Assembly (NCBI GenBank): GCA_963663165.1
Contig: OY760175.1
Coordinates: forward strand, 5,216,001 to 5,280,000
Source of the DNA: an uncultured Desulfospira sp.
GTDB lineage: Bacteria > Desulfobacterota > Desulfobacteria > Desulfobacterales > Desulfobacteraceae
DNA length: 64,000 nucleotides
Reading direction: 5' to 3'
Shown here: in pieces, positions 63,154-64,000 of the stretch
How positions within the stretch are numbered: position 1 is the stretch's first letter
Layout of the letters: every line of letters begins with the position of its first letter
Notes under the pieces: model-generated
The model's input: only the letters and a program-made list of their open reading frames with translations
Told to the model about the DNA's origin: nothing
Database searches by the model: none
Position numbers and translations under genes: made by a program

Positions 63154-63532
63154 CCTTTTTTTGGAAATCTGAAAACGAGATCACCTTGCCGGTTTCCCGG
63201 GAAGGGCTTTTGGCCGGGGCATCCGGCTGGGAAGAGGGGGAGTTTTCAGACTGGTTTTTTCTGTCGGTCCGGGGGATCTGGGCCAGGGAACGGTCTTCCA
63301 CGGGGCAGACCACTTTTTCAAGGCGCATTTTTTTCTGGTTCATGAAAAATTCCTCGCCGTTGATATATTCTTCTTTTAATATCCAGACAACGGCTTGGAG
63401 GGGTATTTGAAGCATGAGCAGTTTGATCTGGAACCAGCCTTTTTTGTGATCCGGAAGAATACTTTCCACCCGGGCAAAGAAAACAGGGGCGTCTTCCAGG
63501 TAAATCAGTACAATGTCATTGGGTTTTGCCAT
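63146..63532 (-). CDS. Hypothetical protein
   Basis: GAGG RBS; ATGA overlap with the downstream gene. Confidence 0.75.
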   Translation of the reverse strand: MAKPNDIVLIYLEDAPVFFARVESILPDHKKGWFQIKLLMLQIPLQAVVWILKEEYINGEEFFMNQKKMRLEKVVCPVEDRSLAQIPRTDRKNQSENSPSSQPDAPAKSPSRETGKVISFSDFQKKDD

Positions 63533-63600
63533 GTGTCCTCTATATTTTTCTTGTTACCAGGCCAGATATATCATAATCTTTGGCACAAGGAGACTGCAAA

Positions 63601-64000
63601 ATGAAATTTTTTCAAAATTATGGCGTATTGGACCAGCCTTATGTTGGACAATTTTTGTTTCATCCCCGGCCCGAATCAGGGGGCCGGCCGCCTTCTGATG
63701 CCAGGGAAGATTTGATGATACCGGTGGCAGACGGCGTTGAGGTGGGGGGAGCCTTTCATTTTTATTCGGATCAGGCACCCATTATTCTGTTTTTCCACGG
63801 GAATGGGGAAATTGTTCAGGATTATGATGACTTGGGGGGATGGTTCACCCGCCGGGGCTTAAACTTTCTGGTGGTGGATTACAGGGGATACGGCAGATCC
63901 TCGGGATCACCGTCCATTTCTGCCATGATGTCCGACAGCCACCATGTCCTGGACTTTTTGATCAAGATGAAATTCGAGCGTCAGTACACCGGAAGACTCT
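63601..64000 (+). CDS. Alpha/beta hydrolase, partial
   Basis: AAGGAG RBS; LFHPR, ILFFHGNGE, DYRGYGRS.G; runs off the window. Confidence 0.85.
   Translation, partial: MKFFQNYGVLDQPYVGQFLFHPRPESGGRPPSDAREDLMIPVADGVEVGGAFHFYSDQAPIILFFHGNGEIVQDYDDLGGWFTRRGLNFLVVDYRGYGRSSGSPSISAMMSDSHHVLDFLIKMKFERQYTGRL

Noticed and set aside
63581..63598. Sigma54 promoter (TGGCAC...TGC)
   Set aside because: GG-to-GC spacing is 12 nt rather than 10, and the site overlaps the RBS.

Overview
Mostly core chromosome of a sulfate-reducer-type deltaproteobacterium (Desulfobacteraceae-like; inferred from gene content, not proven). It holds signalling pairs, ribosome-related GTPases (der, engB, era, a YchF-like protein), Moco and heme biosynthesis genes, phoU-phoB-phoR, his genes, mrcA, queF and dusB. 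No tRNA, rRNA or CRISPR array was seen. Most notable: (1) a precisely bounded 4,540-bp IS21-family element (TG...CA ends, 7-bp target duplication) with three extra coupled genes (Cys-rich Zn-finger-like, winged-helix-like, ParB-like) ahead of istA-istB; (2) a PHP-hydrolase-RNase III fusion; (3) two MITEs with terminal inverted repeats and target duplications, one hitting the same hybrid kinase gene as the IS21 element and one nested in a heptamer repeat; (4) two ~125-nt covarying intergenic hairpin elements and several families of inverted heptamer arrays; (5) a cluster of deleted or frameshifted gene fragments at 31.6-33.9 kb. All calls come from motif recognition by eye, without database searches.
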